This document shows positions 1 through 11,450 of a DNA stretch of 64,000 nucleotides, in pieces. The stretch spans positions 352,001-416,000 of the forward strand of contig BTVJ01000001.1 of the NCBI GenBank assembly GCA_045863395.1. Reading direction: 5' to 3'. The position numbers and the translations under genes are program-made. Source of the DNA: Myxococcales bacterium (lineage in GTDB: Bacteria > Myxococcota_A > UBA9042 > JABWCM01 > BTVJ01). The notes under the pieces were generated by a model. It searched no databases, was not told where the DNA came from, and worked only from the letters and a program-made list of their open reading frames with translations. Position 1 is the first letter of the stretch, and every line of letters starts with the position of its first letter.

Positions 1-1113
1 GTACTGGGCCAGCGTCGCATAGTGGATCGTGACGGCGAGGAGCGCCACCGCCACACCTGCCGCGGCGAGGCGCCACCGACGAGGTGCTCCCGGGAGGCCG
101 TCGCGCCAGAGCCAGGACGCGGCGAGCAGCCCGGCGGGCCACGCCATCCAAGTGAAGCGGATCCAGAGAGTGGCCATGACGAGCAGGGGCACGGCGAGCA
201 GGAGGCCCAGCGGGCGTGTGACCCGGGGGTCGTCGTCACCGGCGCGGAGGGACCGCAGCCAGCGGGCGGCGGCAATGGCGAACAGCGCCGCGGCGACCGG
301 GAGCGCGGCGAGGGTGATCGCCATGTTCGGGTGGGCGTAGTCGCTGTACCGGGACAGCACGGCGAGCCAGCTCTGCCACTCCGGGATGCTCGAGACGGAG
401 CCGCCGTGCTGCCCGGCGGCGTACTCCAGGGAGCCCGCTGCGCCGGGGCACAGGACCCACCCGACCAGGGCCGCGAGGGCCAGCGCGTGGACGCGCAGGT
501 CGACGGGCGAGGGGCCGCGCCAGCGCGCCAGGGCGAGCGTGGCCACGGAGAGGCCGGCGAGGACCACCACCGCGATGAACGCCCCCCCCAGGTGCAGAGC
601 CGACCAGAGCAGGAAGGCGACGGCGACGAGCGGGGCTGCACGCAGAGAGAACGTGGGGCGGTCGACCAGGTGGGCGATCAGGAGCCAGGCCGTCAGGTTG
701 ATGATGTGGGGGCGGACCCGCATGCGGTCGTGCCAGACCACGAGGAGCAGGAGGACGAGGGCGGCGGTGGCGACCACGCTCAGGCCACGACGGCGCAGGA
801 GCCGCCAGGCGAGCCCGAAGGTGGCGACCACCCAGACCGCGTGGGCGACACGCACGCCGCGGAGGCCGGTGCGCTGGTCCAAGGCGGCGACCAGGGCCTG
901 ATAGAGCCACTGGAAGGACTGCCATGGGGCGTCCGGGTCGGCGGCGGACCAGAGATCCCGGTCAGGGAGCGCGAGGTGCTCGAGGATCCAGCGCCCGACG
1001 GCGACATGCCAGAAGATGTCGATGTCCCAGATCGGGCGGAGCGCACAGAAGGCGACGAGGGCGCCCAGCAGGCTGACGGCGGCGATCTCCGCAAGGCGCG
1101 ACGAGGGCGACAT
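1..1113 (-). CDS. Polytopic membrane protein, putative GT-C-fold glycosyltransferase (3' end runs off the window); paralog of 1233..3227
   Basis: Not in the ORF track because its stop is outside the window. Manual translation from the ATG at 1113 gives MSPSSRLAEIAAVSLLGALVAFCALRPIWDIDIFWHVAVGRWI...PDAPWQSFQWLYQ...HDRMRVRPH...WSALHLGG, collinear with the neighbouring + strand gene. Confidence 0.75.
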   Translation of the reverse strand, partial: MSPSSRLAEIAAVSLLGALVAFCALRPIWDIDIFWHVAVGRWILEHLALPDRDLWSAADPDAPWQSFQWLYQALVAALDQRTGLRGVRVAHAVWVVATFGLAWRLLRRRGLSVVATAALVLLLLVVWHDRMRVRPHIINLTAWLLIAHLVDRPTFSLRAAPLVAVAFLLWSALHLGGAFIAVVVLAGLSVATLALARWRGPSPVDLRVHALALAALVGWVLCPGAAGSLEYAAGQHGGSVSSIPEWQSWLAVLSRYSDYAHPNMAITLAALPVAAALFAIAAARWLRSLRAGDDDPRVTRPLGLLLAVPLLVMATLWIRFTWMAWPAGLLAASWLWRDGLPGAPRRWRLAAAGVAVALLAVTIHYATLAQY

Positions 1114-1165
1114 GGGCGTGCATCCTACTCCGCATTCGCGCGCCGGTCGACGGCGCGGTAGCATC

Positions 1166-1181
1166 TGGCACCGCGATTTCA
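1166..1181 (+). promoter_or_regulatory. Possible sigma54 -24/-12 promoter (variant -12)
   Basis: TGGCAC-CGCGA-TTTCA; correct spacing but TC in place of the conserved GC; ~50 nt upstream of the 1233 start. Confidence 0.3.
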
Positions 1182-1232
1182 TCGACGGGGGCGCACGGGG
1201 TGCCCAGAGTCCACGCGGAGCAGGAGCGCGAC

Positions 1233-3227
1233 ATGGATGAGGGAGCCGGCCACCGCCGGGTGGGCGCGGTAGAGGCGCTGGTCGTCGCCATTGGCGCGGT
1301 CCTGGTGATGCTCTATGCGTTCCGCCCCCTCTACGCGGTGGATCTCTTCTGGCACCTGCGGCTCGGGCAGATCATCGCCGAGACCTGGTCCATCCCGTCG
1401 ACGGACCTGTTCTCCGCGGTGCACCCCGACAGCCCATGGGTCCAGTTCCAGTGGCTGTGGGAGCTCTGCGCCCACCTGATCACGGCCACCTTCGGGCTGA
1501 CGGGGCTCCGGGCGGTCCAGGCCGTCGTGCTCAGCGGCACCTTCGTGGCCTTCTGGGCGGTGCTCCGGTTCTCGCGCCACGGCGCGGGGACGGCCGCGGG
1601 GGCGGGCCTCGCGTCAGCCGCACTGCTCGTGCTGTTCGAGGACCGGATGCAGGTCCGCCCCGACCCGGCCAACCTGGTGCTGCTGGTGCCGGCGCTGCCC
1701 TTCCTGCTCGGCGGCTACCGCACGGCGCGCCCCGCCGTGTACGTCGCCATGGCGGGGCTCGCGTTCCTGTGGGCCAACGTCCACTCCGGCGGGAGCGTGC
1801 TCCTGCTGGCGGCGGTGGGGGCCCTGGCGACAGGCGCGACCCTGCACCGCGCCCTTGGGCTGGGACGGGCTGCGGCAGGGGAGCGGGAGCCGGTGGGGCG
1901 CCTGTGGGCCCTCGTGGGTGCCATGGCGGCGCTGCTGGTAGCGTCCCCCGCGTTCCTGGAGGGCATGGTCCACTTCCAGCGCATCTTTGGCCCAGCGCTG
2001 GCCATCGGGAACCCGGAGTGGGACCCGTCGTGGAAGATGCTGGAGCATGGGCTCCACCCGAACTTCCTGGTGGTGGCGACGCTGCCCTATGCGTGCGCGG
2101 CGGCCTACGTCGCCTTCATTTGGGCGCGGTGGCGGCGGGGGCGCGCAGCGGTGGACCTGTCCGAGGCCCTGATGCTCGGCGGCTTCCTGTTCCTGGCCCA
2201 CCACTGGGTGCGCAGCGCCTACCTGGCGGCGGTGCCGCTCGCGGTCATGCTGCGGCACGTGCGCCCGGGGCGCCTGACGCGGGGTGTCATGATCGCGGGC
2301 GCCGTCGCGCTCCTTGGGGTCACCTACCATTATAATGTGACACGCGCGAGGGGCTCCCTGTGGCGCACCCTGGAGATGGCGTCCTTCGACCTGGAGCCCA
2401 CGGCCTACCCAGAGGAGGCCGCCGAGTGGCTCGTGACCGCAGACATCGAGGGGGGGGCGCTGAACGAGGGGAAGTGGGGCGGCTACCTGATCTGGCGCAA
2501 CTGGCCGAAGATCCGGGTGTTCGTGGACACCAGGCACAACCTGGACGACGAGATGTGGCGGGCCTTCGTGGCGACCCACCACCCCTACCAGCGGGCGCGG
2601 GCGCTGACCGTGGCGGCAGCCCGGTGGGGGCTGGACCTGGCCATCTTCAAGGGGCCGACGTTCCCGCTCTACACGGCGCCCCCGGGGTGGGCGTTGATCT
2701 ACAGGGCCGGCGACCAGGAGGTCCATGCGCGCACCGACACGCCCGGCGGCCAGGAGAGCATCCGCCGCGCCGCGACGTGGTACCGCGTCGCCGCCGAGGA
2801 GCTGCTGCCGGTCCGGGGGGACGACGGGCTACCGGACCTGCGCGCTCTTGCGACGGTGGCGCGCCGCACCGGCGGGCGCGACTGGCTGCGGAACCGGTAC
2901 CAGGCGCTGCGCTGGGAGGACGCCCAGGCGGAGCTGGACAGCGACGTCCCCGAGCGGGAGGCGCGCGGACGGCGGGCCATGGCGATGCTCCTCCATCGCG
3001 CGGGGCTCTATGAGGACGCCGTCCCCTCCCTGGAGGCGCTCCCGGAGGCGCGGACGGACGGGCGGGTGATGCTCGCCATCGCGCTTGGGCGGCTCCAGCT
3101 CGGGCACGAGAAGCAGGCCCGGGAGGCGGTCGTTCGCCTGCTGGCGACGGATCCCGGGGCGCTCTCGCCGGTTGATCGGGAGCGCGTCAGGCTGCTCGCC
3201 GCCGCCCTCGGCCTGCGAGCGCCGTAG
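1233..3227 (+). CDS. Polytopic membrane protein, putative GT-C-fold glycosyltransferase with C-terminal TPR-like helices
   Basis: AGGAG RBS at 1222-1226; ~10 hydrophobic segments; D-x-x-W-H motif (VDLFWHLRLG) after TM1; RP and WANVHSG motifs; soluble WGGYLIW...FVDTR domain. Confidence 0.7.
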   Translation: MDEGAGHRRVGAVEALVVAIGAVLVMLYAFRPLYAVDLFWHLRLGQIIAETWSIPSTDLFSAVHPDSPWVQFQWLWELCAHLITATFGLTGLRAVQAVVLSGTFVAFWAVLRFSRHGAGTAAGAGLASAALLVLFEDRMQVRPDPANLVLLVPALPFLLGGYRTARPAVYVAMAGLAFLWANVHSGGSVLLLAAVGALATGATLHRALGLGRAAAGEREPVGRLWALVGAMAALLVASPAFLEGMVHFQRIFGPALAIGNPEWDPSWKMLEHGLHPNFLVVATLPYACAAAYVAFIWARWRRGRAAVDLSEALMLGGFLFLAHHWVRSAYLAAVPLAVMLRHVRPGRLTRGVMIAGAVALLGVTYHYNVTRARGSLWRTLEMASFDLEPTAYPEEAAEWLVTADIEGGALNEGKWGGYLIWRNWPKIRVFVDTRHNLDDEMWRAFVATHHPYQRARALTVAAARWGLDLAIFKGPTFPLYTAPPGWALIYRAGDQEVHARTDTPGGQESIRRAATWYRVAAEELLPVRGDDGLPDLRALATVARRTGGRDWLRNRYQALRWEDAQAELDSDVPEREARGRRAMAMLLHRAGLYEDAVPSLEALPEARTDGRVMLAIALGRLQLGHEKQAREAVVRLLATDPGALSPVDRERVRLLAAALGLRAP

Positions 3228-3418
3228 GCAGGGAGAGCGCGTCTGCGAGAGCGCTGACTGTCGCAGGAGCATGGCAGCGCAAGCCCGAGCCACGAGACGC
3301 CGGAGAGAGGTGCGCAGAGCTCCGGTGTGTTTGAGCGCAGAGTTGCGCCATTTCTGAAATATTGTTCCCCAGAACGCACGAAAGCGGCGACCGCCCGGGG
3401 GCGATGCGCCGCTTCCGC

Positions 3419-3438
3419 GCCGCCCCTGGAGGGGCGGC
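3419..3438. terminator. GC-rich hairpin downstream of pilA, between convergent genes
   Basis: GCCGCCCC-TGGA-GGGGCGGC, 8-bp stem; no U-tract. Confidence 0.4.
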
Positions 3439-3456
3439 TCAGCAGTGCCGGAGGGG

Positions 3457-4053
<597 letters not shown>

Positions 4054-4181
4054 CCTGTGCTCTCCTTGTTGGTTGCTGCGATTGGAACCCAAACTTCCCG
4101 AGGCCTTCCCGAGGGGGCTCTCCGTCATCGCTGACGGTCGAGCGCTCTCGGGAAGGTCCCCAGCCGCGTGGCGGGAACGTT

Positions 4182-4198
4182 TGCACGACCGGTGCCAA
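4182..4198 (-). promoter_or_regulatory. sigma54 promoter of pilA
   Basis: Minus strand reads TTGGCACCGGTCGTGCA (GG-N10-GC). PilR-dependent sigma54 pilA promoters are established in Myxococcus, Geobacter and Pseudomonas. Confidence 0.8.
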
Positions 4199-4226
4199 CG
4201 ACGCCCGGAACGGATACAAATCTGGA

Positions 4227-4240
4227 TTTCCAATGAGTTA
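4227..4240. promoter_or_regulatory. Possible IHF site between the sigma54 promoter and the upstream activator sites
   Basis: TTTCCAATGAGTTA resembles WATCAANNNNTTR (2 mismatches) and sits in the expected position. Confidence 0.35.
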
Positions 4241-4363
4241 CAGTAGTTGCTGGTCAGGACGGGTCGCCCCCCTCCTCGCGCCCCCCTGCGGCACTCGGCC
4301 GGATAACCCCCTGCAATAGCGAGAGAAATCGCCACTTGGACCCAACGGGATCCTGCGACGGGG

Positions 4364-4410
4364 GTGACAAAATTCGGCACCCACTGGGTGACGTTTTGCG
4401 ACGGTGACAA
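4364..4410. promoter_or_regulatory. Candidate PilR upstream activator sequences
   Basis: Imperfect palindrome GTGACAAAATTCGGCAC (4364-4380), further GTGAC at 4388 and GTGACAA at 4404; ~165-210 bp upstream of the sigma54 site. Confidence 0.5.
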
Positions 4411-4646
4411 GCCCCGGGGCCCGCAGGGGTCGAATGGATACACATTGTGCCATACATTCACGCGCAAGGGTCCGCTCAGACCGGACCCCCGTCAAGGTCG
4501 GTTTCACCACGCTCTGCCGGAAATGCTGGGCCCTGATCGCCCCGCAGCAAAAAATGGGAGATGGCCGTCACTTTTGTCGTTGCCAATTTTCGGAGTCTGT
4601 AGTACCTAGCGCGCCACAGTCAGCAGGGGGGCAGGAGGAGGCTCAA

Positions 4647-4814
4647 GTGCAGAACAAGATCGAAGCAACGGTGCGCCCGCAGACGTTGAGCGGCCCTATC
4701 GGTACAAAGTCCAAGCCGCTCCCCCCAGTCACTCCGCTGCCGACTCGCTTCAGGCGAATCGGCCTCGGCGTGATCGACACCACACCCGCGCCCATGGCTC
4801 TCGCTCCACGCTGA
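4647..4814 (+). CDS. Possible small protein (55 aa)
   Basis: GGAGGAGG Shine-Dalgarno just upstream of GTG 4647; no recognisable domain. Confidence 0.3.
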   Translation: MQNKIEATVRPQTLSGPIGTKSKPLPPVTPLPTRFRRIGLGVIDTTPAPMALAPR

Positions 4815-5111
4815 GGCGCCGATTCAGAGGCGCCCAGAGTCTTCGAGAGCGCTCGAAGGCAGGCAGACCCGCGCCGCTGGCCTGATCTCACGGAGCCGCC
4901 GATGAGGCGAGGCCAGGTGCCAGAAGATTGAGTCACTGCGGCCCCGCCGTGGGTCGTGGAGCCCTGGAACGACCGGGCACCCCTGCTGCCTGTGTCGCTC
5001 TTGGACTTCGTTTCGCTCGTCCAGTTCGTCCAATCAGTCGCTCTCACCCTGAACGCGCCAGTTGGCTCGTCCCTCGGGTAGGGCATCGAGTGTTCGAGAG
5101 AGAGGTTTGAG

Positions 5112-5588
5112 ATGTTCAAGTCCCTGCGCAGATTCGCTGTCACGTCGCTCTTCACCCTGTTCGCTGCGACCGTCCTGTTGGGGAATCAGCCCGTCGCCGA
5201 CGCCGGCCTCGGGACGTCGGTCGGTCTGATCGCCAATGTGGCCTATATCGGCAACATCTCCGATCTGGTCGTCAGCTTCCGCCTCGTTCATCGGACCACG
5301 GGCCAGGTGATGTGGCAGGCCGATCCGAACGATATCGACGGGGTCCGCACGGACACGGACCGGATTCGCTTCTCGACGCTGCTGGTCTCCGGCTGGTATG
5401 ACTACTCTTCGACCTATGAGTGGTCCTGCCGCATCGACGCCCGCGACGCCACGTCGCCGGTCTACTGGGTGGACTTCAAGCAGTGGGTGGACTCGACCTG
5501 GTATAGCTCGACGGTTCCCACGTCCAATTTCAAGGGGCGCACGTCCGAGGCCCTTCTCCTCGGCGAGGTGAACGCCTCCTACCTGTAG
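5112..5588 (+). CDS. Hypothetical secreted protein
   Basis: GAGG RBS; Sec signal peptide ending in ADA; beta-strand/aromatic-rich mature part; G/C-ending codons. Confidence 0.75.
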   Translation: MFKSLRRFAVTSLFTLFAATVLLGNQPVADAGLGTSVGLIANVAYIGNISDLVVSFRLVHRTTGQVMWQADPNDIDGVRTDTDRIRFSTLLVSGWYDYSSTYEWSCRIDARDATSPVYWVDFKQWVDSTWYSSTVPTSNFKGRTSEALLLGEVNASYL

Positions 5589-5636
5589 GTCGACCAATTG
5601 GGAGGGGGGGCTGGGGCGTCCCTGCTCGGGTCTGGA

Positions 5637-7034
5637 TCAGGCCAGCCGCTCCAGATCCCCGTCCGTGATGTTGTATTTGTCCAGCTTGTAGCGGATGGAC
5701 CGGAAGGAGATCCCCAGCAGCCGGGCGGCGTCCGTCTTGACCCCCCCCGTCCGGGCCAGGGCCTTCATCAGAAACTCCCGCTCGATGTCCGCCAGCATTC
5801 GCTCGAGGTCGCACCCCTCATCGGGGATCTCCATGTCTGCGCCCAGAGACGGCAGAGACTCTCGCTGCTGCGCCACGCTGCGCGGGAGACTCTGGATGGT
5901 CAGGACGTCCGACATCTCGAAGGTGACGGCGCGCTCGATGATGTTCTCCAGCTCGCGGACGTTTCCCGGGAAGTGGTAGCTCGCCAGAGCATCCAGGGCG
6001 TCGGGCGCGATGTGGAGGATGGACTTCCCCATCTCGTCGCAGAAGCGCTGAAGGAAGTGGGCGGCGATGAGCGGGACGTCCTCCCTGCGCTCGCGGAGAG
6101 GGGGCATGCGCACCTGGATGACGTTGAGGCGATAGAACAGATCCTCCCGAAAGCGGCCCGTGCGAATCTCCTCTTCGAGCTCCTTGTTGGTCGCCGCGAT
6201 GATGCGGACGTCCACGTCTGACTCCTGCACACCGCCGACAGGCTTGATGCGCCGCTCCTGCAACACCCGCAGCAGCTTGACCTGGAGCGGCAGGGTCAGC
6301 TCCCCCACCTCGTCGAGGAACAGCGTGCCGCCATGGGCGATCTCGAACAGGCCCTTCTTGTGGGCGATGGCGCCCGTGAAGGAGCCCTTGACGTGCCCGA
6401 AGAGCTCGCTCTCCATGAGGTTCTCGGGGATGGCCCCGCAGTTGATGACGACGAAGGGGTGATCCTTTCGCAGGCTGTTGTAGTGCAGCGCCTTGGCGAC
6501 CAGCTCCTTCCCCGTGCCGCTCTCCCCCGTGATCAGGACGCTGGTGCGGGTTCGCGCGACGCGCTCGACCAGGTCGAACACTTGCCGGATGCGCTCCGAG
6601 CGCCCTATGATGTTGCCGAAGGAGTATCTCTCGCGGAGCGCGTCGCGCAGCCGCTCGTTCTCGACGACCAGGCGGCGCTTGTCGAGGGCCTTGTCGATGA
6701 TCACCTTCAGCTCGTCGAGCTTGAAGGGCTTGGACACATAGTCGTAGGCGCCCTTCTTCAGGGCCTCGATGGCAGTCTCGATGGTCGAGTAGGCCGTCAT
6801 CAGGACCACCTGGGTGTCGGGCCAGCTCGCCTTGACGCGCTCCAGCACGTCGATGCCGCTGCCACGCGGCATCTTCAGGTCGGTGAGGACCAGGTCGAAC
6901 TCCGAGGCGTCGATGCGGGCGAAGGCGTCCTCGGCAGAGTTCGCGGTCTGCACCGCGTAGCCCTCCTTCTGGAGCAGGATCTCGAGGAACTCCCGCATGC
7001 TCGCTTCGTCGTCGACGATGAGGATCTGCTGCAT
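5637..7034 (-). CDS. pilR: Sigma54-dependent response regulator PilR
   Basis: REC domain; AAA+ with GESGTGKE and GSFTGA (GAFTGA variant); C-terminal HTH; located between pilS and pilA. Confidence 0.92.
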   Translation of the reverse strand: MQQILIVDDEASMREFLEILLQKEGYAVQTANSAEDAFARIDASEFDLVLTDLKMPRGSGIDVLERVKASWPDTQVVLMTAYSTIETAIEALKKGAYDYVSKPFKLDELKVIIDKALDKRRLVVENERLRDALRERYSFGNIIGRSERIRQVFDLVERVARTRTSVLITGESGTGKELVAKALHYNSLRKDHPFVVINCGAIPENLMESELFGHVKGSFTGAIAHKKGLFEIAHGGTLFLDEVGELTLPLQVKLLRVLQERRIKPVGGVQESDVDVRIIAATNKELEEEIRTGRFREDLFYRLNVIQVRMPPLRERREDVPLIAAHFLQRFCDEMGKSILHIAPDALDALASYHFPGNVRELENIIERAVTFEMSDVLTIQSLPRSVAQQRESLPSLGADMEIPDEGCDLERMLADIEREFLMKALARTGGVKTDAARLLGISFRSIRYKLDKYNITDGDLERLA

Positions 7035-7037
7035 CGG

Positions 7038-8993
7038 TCAGGCTCCCAACCCCCGGAGGGCTTCGGGTCTCTCGGGGAGGGCCCCCGATGGGGTGGCGTC
7101 CGGGGCGATGTCCCCGACCGCGGCGGCGAGCTCGGGGAGATACACGTGGAACGTGGTCCCCTGGCGGACACGGCTGGTCACCTCGATGTGACCGTGGTGA
7201 TCGGCGATGATACGGAAGCTCGTCGCGAGGCCGAGCCCGGTCCCCCGCTCCTTCGTCGTATAGAACGGCTCGAACACCCGCTCGAGGTCGGACTGGGGAA
7301 TCCCGACGCCGGTGTCCATCACCATCACGTGCACATACGGCACGCCGCCCCGCAGCGCCCTCTCGATGCGCACGCGGATCGTGCCCCCGTCGGGCATGGC
7401 CTGTGATGCGTTCTTCAGGAGATTCCAGAACACCTGGCGCAGCCGCGCCGCGTCGCCCTCGATGACGGCGGCAGTCCCGTCCACCTCGAACTGGATGTCG
7501 ATGCCGCTCGTCCCCGGATCGTTCCTGAACACCTCGACGAGCTCCTCCAGGGACTGGCCGAGGCGCACGGTCAGCATCTCTGCCCGCCGGGGGCGGGCGA
7601 ACTCCAGGAAGTCCGAGATCCACAGATTGAGGTGGTCCGTCTCGCGGAGCACGATGTTCATGAGGCGGCCGCGCGTGTCCGGGTCCAGGCTGTCCTGCGC
7701 GAGGAGCTGCACGCTGCCGCTGATCGACGCGAGCGGGTTGCGGATCTCGTGCGCGATGCCCGCTGCCAGGCGACCGATCCCCGCGAGCTGCTCCGCCCGC
7801 TTCACCTGCGCCTCCATGTCCTTGAGGCGCGAGATGTCCTGGAAGATGAGCACCTGGCCGACGTGACTGCCCTCGGCATCTCGCAGGGGGGAGACGAACC
7901 ACTGCAGGTAGACCGTGCGACCGCGGAGAACCTGCACGGTCGTCTCCGTCGTGAGCGTGCCCCGCTTGTCCTCGTTGGACAGGATATGCCGCAGGTCGGG
8001 GAACAGGGCGTTGATGTCACTGCCGAGGACCTGGGTCTCCCGAAAGCCGGTGATCTGCTCTGCGACGGGGTTGAAGAAGGAGATCTTGCCGTCTCGGGTC
8101 GTCGTGACCAGCGCGCTCATGATGCTGGTGACGATGTTGTGATGGAGAGCGCGCAGATCCTCCAGGTCGTGGCGCGTCTCCCGGTGCTGGATGTCGCTCT
8201 TGCGGAGCTGCTCGCTCAGATAGCTGGCCAGAAGAGCGATTCCATAGAACGCGACCACGTTGATGACCAAGTTGTAGACCCGAGACGAGACCATGCTCAC
8301 GCCCCCACGGGGGTCGGACGCCCCAAGGAGGGAGAGGCTCGGTCCGTCCGGGACCAGGAGGCCAGGGAAGGGGATGACCCCGATCTCGACGAGCGCGATG
8401 AGCAGGAACAGCACCGCGGAGGCAGTGGCTACCAGCATCGCGCCGCGCCAGAACAGGAGGATGGACGCGTTGACGATGGTCAGGGAGAAGAAGAAGGTGA
8501 AGACGCTGTCCGTGCCGCCTGTGACGACGACCAGGCTCGCCGCGAGCAACGTGTCGCCGAAGAGCTGCACGAGGGTCTGGGAGATGAGCGCCCCGGCCGA
8601 GCGGAACAGGCGCAGCAGGATCACATAGACCAGGGATGCCAGGTACGTGGCGATGGCCACGGTCGTGATGAAGACATGGCTCTCGTCTGCGCCCACGAAG
8701 GTCGGGCGCTGGAGGTCGAAGACCAGCATCGCGCCCAGGAGGCAGGAGACCATGACGACCCGGAAGACGATCAGCCACTTCAGCTTTGTGGCGAGGCGCG
8801 GGTCGTGCTGCGGCGCCCCGGCGCGGGGCAGGCGAGGCGGCGTCACCCTGCCCGTGTGCCCGCGGTCGCTCCAGACGGACGTGCGCTCCAGGCTGCCACG
8901 GGACCGCTGCTCGCTGCGAGGGTCGACGCCGTGCGTGGCGCCTGCGGGTTCACCCTCGGCGGGGGAGGACGGCCTCGCGGGTTCGTGGGCCAC
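7038..8993 (-). CDS. pilS: Sensor histidine kinase PilS (start uncertain)
   Basis: PilS-like TM region (WLIVFRVV...TGGTDSVFTFFF), PAS domain, H-box AHEIRNPL, HATPase with GTGLGL. Confidence 0.9.
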   Translation of the reverse strand: MAHEPARPSSPAEGEPAGATHGVDPRSEQRSRGSLERTSVWSDRGHTGRVTPPRLPRAGAPQHDPRLATKLKWLIVFRVVMVSCLLGAMLVFDLQRPTFVGADESHVFITTVAIATYLASLVYVILLRLFRSAGALISQTLVQLFGDTLLAASLVVVTGGTDSVFTFFFSLTIVNASILLFWRGAMLVATASAVLFLLIALVEIGVIPFPGLLVPDGPSLSLLGASDPRGGVSMVSSRVYNLVINVVAFYGIALLASYLSEQLRKSDIQHRETRHDLEDLRALHHNIVTSIMSALVTTTRDGKISFFNPVAEQITGFRETQVLGSDINALFPDLRHILSNEDKRGTLTTETTVQVLRGRTVYLQWFVSPLRDAEGSHVGQVLIFQDISRLKDMEAQVKRAEQLAGIGRLAAGIAHEIRNPLASISGSVQLLAQDSLDPDTRGRLMNIVLRETDHLNLWISDFLEFARPRRAEMLTVRLGQSLEELVEVFRNDPGTSGIDIQFEVDGTAAVIEGDAARLRQVFWNLLKNASQAMPDGGTIRVRIERALRGGVPYVHVMVMDTGVGIPQSDLERVFEPFYTTKERGTGLGLATSFRIIADHHGHIEVTSRVRQGTTFHVYLPELAAAVGDIAPDATPSGALPERPEALRGLGA

Positions 8994-8996
8994 GGA

Positions 8997-10214
8997 CTAC
9001 TGGCTCCCGGGTGCCATGCTGTCGGCCATGCTGAAGATTGGGGCGTACATGGCGAGGAGCACGAAGCCCACGATGCCGCCGAGGACGACCATGATCAGGG
9101 GCTCGATGAGCGACGTGATTGCGTCCACCGACTGGTCGACCTCGTCGTCGTAGAAGTCGGCGATCTTGGTGAGCATGATGTCCATGGCGCCCGTGGACTC
9201 GCCGACGGCGATCATCTGGACGACCATCTTCGGGAAGACGTTGTGCTCCATCAAGGGGGCGGCGATGGACTTGCCCTCGCTGATCTTCTCGCGCGTATAC
9301 ATGACCGCGTTCTCGACGACCTTGTTGCCGGCGGTGCGCGCGACGATCTCGAGGCTGTCCAGGATGGGCACGCCGCTGGAGATGAGCGTGCCCAGCGTGC
9401 GGGTGAACTTGGCGATGGCTGCCTTGCGGGCCAGGGTCCCGAAGATGGGGATGTGGAGGATCACGGTGTCGACGATCAGCCGCCCGCGCACCGACCGGTA
9501 GAACCACTTCCAGGCGACGACCAGCGCAATGAAGCCGCCGATGACCAGGGGCATGGACGCGAGCATGTTGTTCGACAGGTCCACCATGAACTGGGTGACC
9601 GCGGGGAGCTCGGTCTTGCCCATGCTCTTGAACATGCCCGCGAAGGTGGGGACCATCTTCCAGAGCAGCATGAACGTGATGCCCAGCGAGATGATCAAGA
9701 TGGTCATCGGATACTTCATCGCGGCCTTGACCTTCGCCTTGAGCTTCATGCTCTTCTCGGTGTAGGCCGCGAGCCGGTTGAGGATCGTGTCGAGGATGCC
9801 GCCCATCTCGCCGGCGCCCACGAGGTTCACGAACAGGTCGTCGAAGGTCTTGGGGTGCTTCTTCAGGGCCTCGGAGAAGGTCGAGCCGCTCTCCACCGAC
9901 ATCTTCACGCTCTGGAGGATGCGCCGGAAGTTGCGGTCCGGCTCCTGCGATGCGAGGAGCTCCAGGCACTGCACCAGGGGGAGGCCAGCGTCGATCATCG
10001 TCGCCATCTGGCGCGTGAAGACCACGATGGTCTTCTGGTTCACCGAGCGCGCGGGGAGTGGGATGCGGATCTCACCGAACTTGCGCTTGACCTTCGCGCC
10101 CGAGATCTGGCTCTCCCTGAGGCGGGTCTCCACCTCACCGGAGCTGGCGGCGTCCATGACGCCGCGCCGCACCTCGCCCTCCCGTGTCCTGCCCTCCCAC
10201 GCGAACGTCGCCAT
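8997..10214 (-). CDS. pilC: Type IV pilus inner-membrane platform protein PilC
   Basis: Two T2SSF domains (FTRQMATMIDAGLPL, AGEMGGILD, GESTGAMD). Confidence 0.95.
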   Translation of the reverse strand: MATFAWEGRTREGEVRRGVMDAASSGEVETRLRESQISGAKVKRKFGEIRIPLPARSVNQKTIVVFTRQMATMIDAGLPLVQCLELLASQEPDRNFRRILQSVKMSVESGSTFSEALKKHPKTFDDLFVNLVGAGEMGGILDTILNRLAAYTEKSMKLKAKVKAAMKYPMTILIISLGITFMLLWKMVPTFAGMFKSMGKTELPAVTQFMVDLSNNMLASMPLVIGGFIALVVAWKWFYRSVRGRLIVDTVILHIPIFGTLARKAAIAKFTRTLGTLISSGVPILDSLEIVARTAGNKVVENAVMYTREKISEGKSIAAPLMEHNVFPKMVVQMIAVGESTGAMDIMLTKIADFYDDEVDQSVDAITSLIEPLIMVVLGGIVGFVLLAMYAPIFSMADSMAPGSQ

Positions 10215-10223
10215 GCGCTTCTC

Positions 10224-11345
<1,122 letters not shown>

Positions 11346-11450
11346 TCTCAGGCTCCTTCGGACAGAATGGTGACAGCGCAAGGCATCGGCCGCTCTCGAT
11401 TGCCCCCTGTGGTTGCTTGACGCCGCGAGACGATCACTCTGACGCGAGCG

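Noticed and set aside
22..1161. 379-aa + strand ORF
   Set aside because: Antisense shadow of the minus-strand membrane protein gene 1..1113, which is supported by paralogy.
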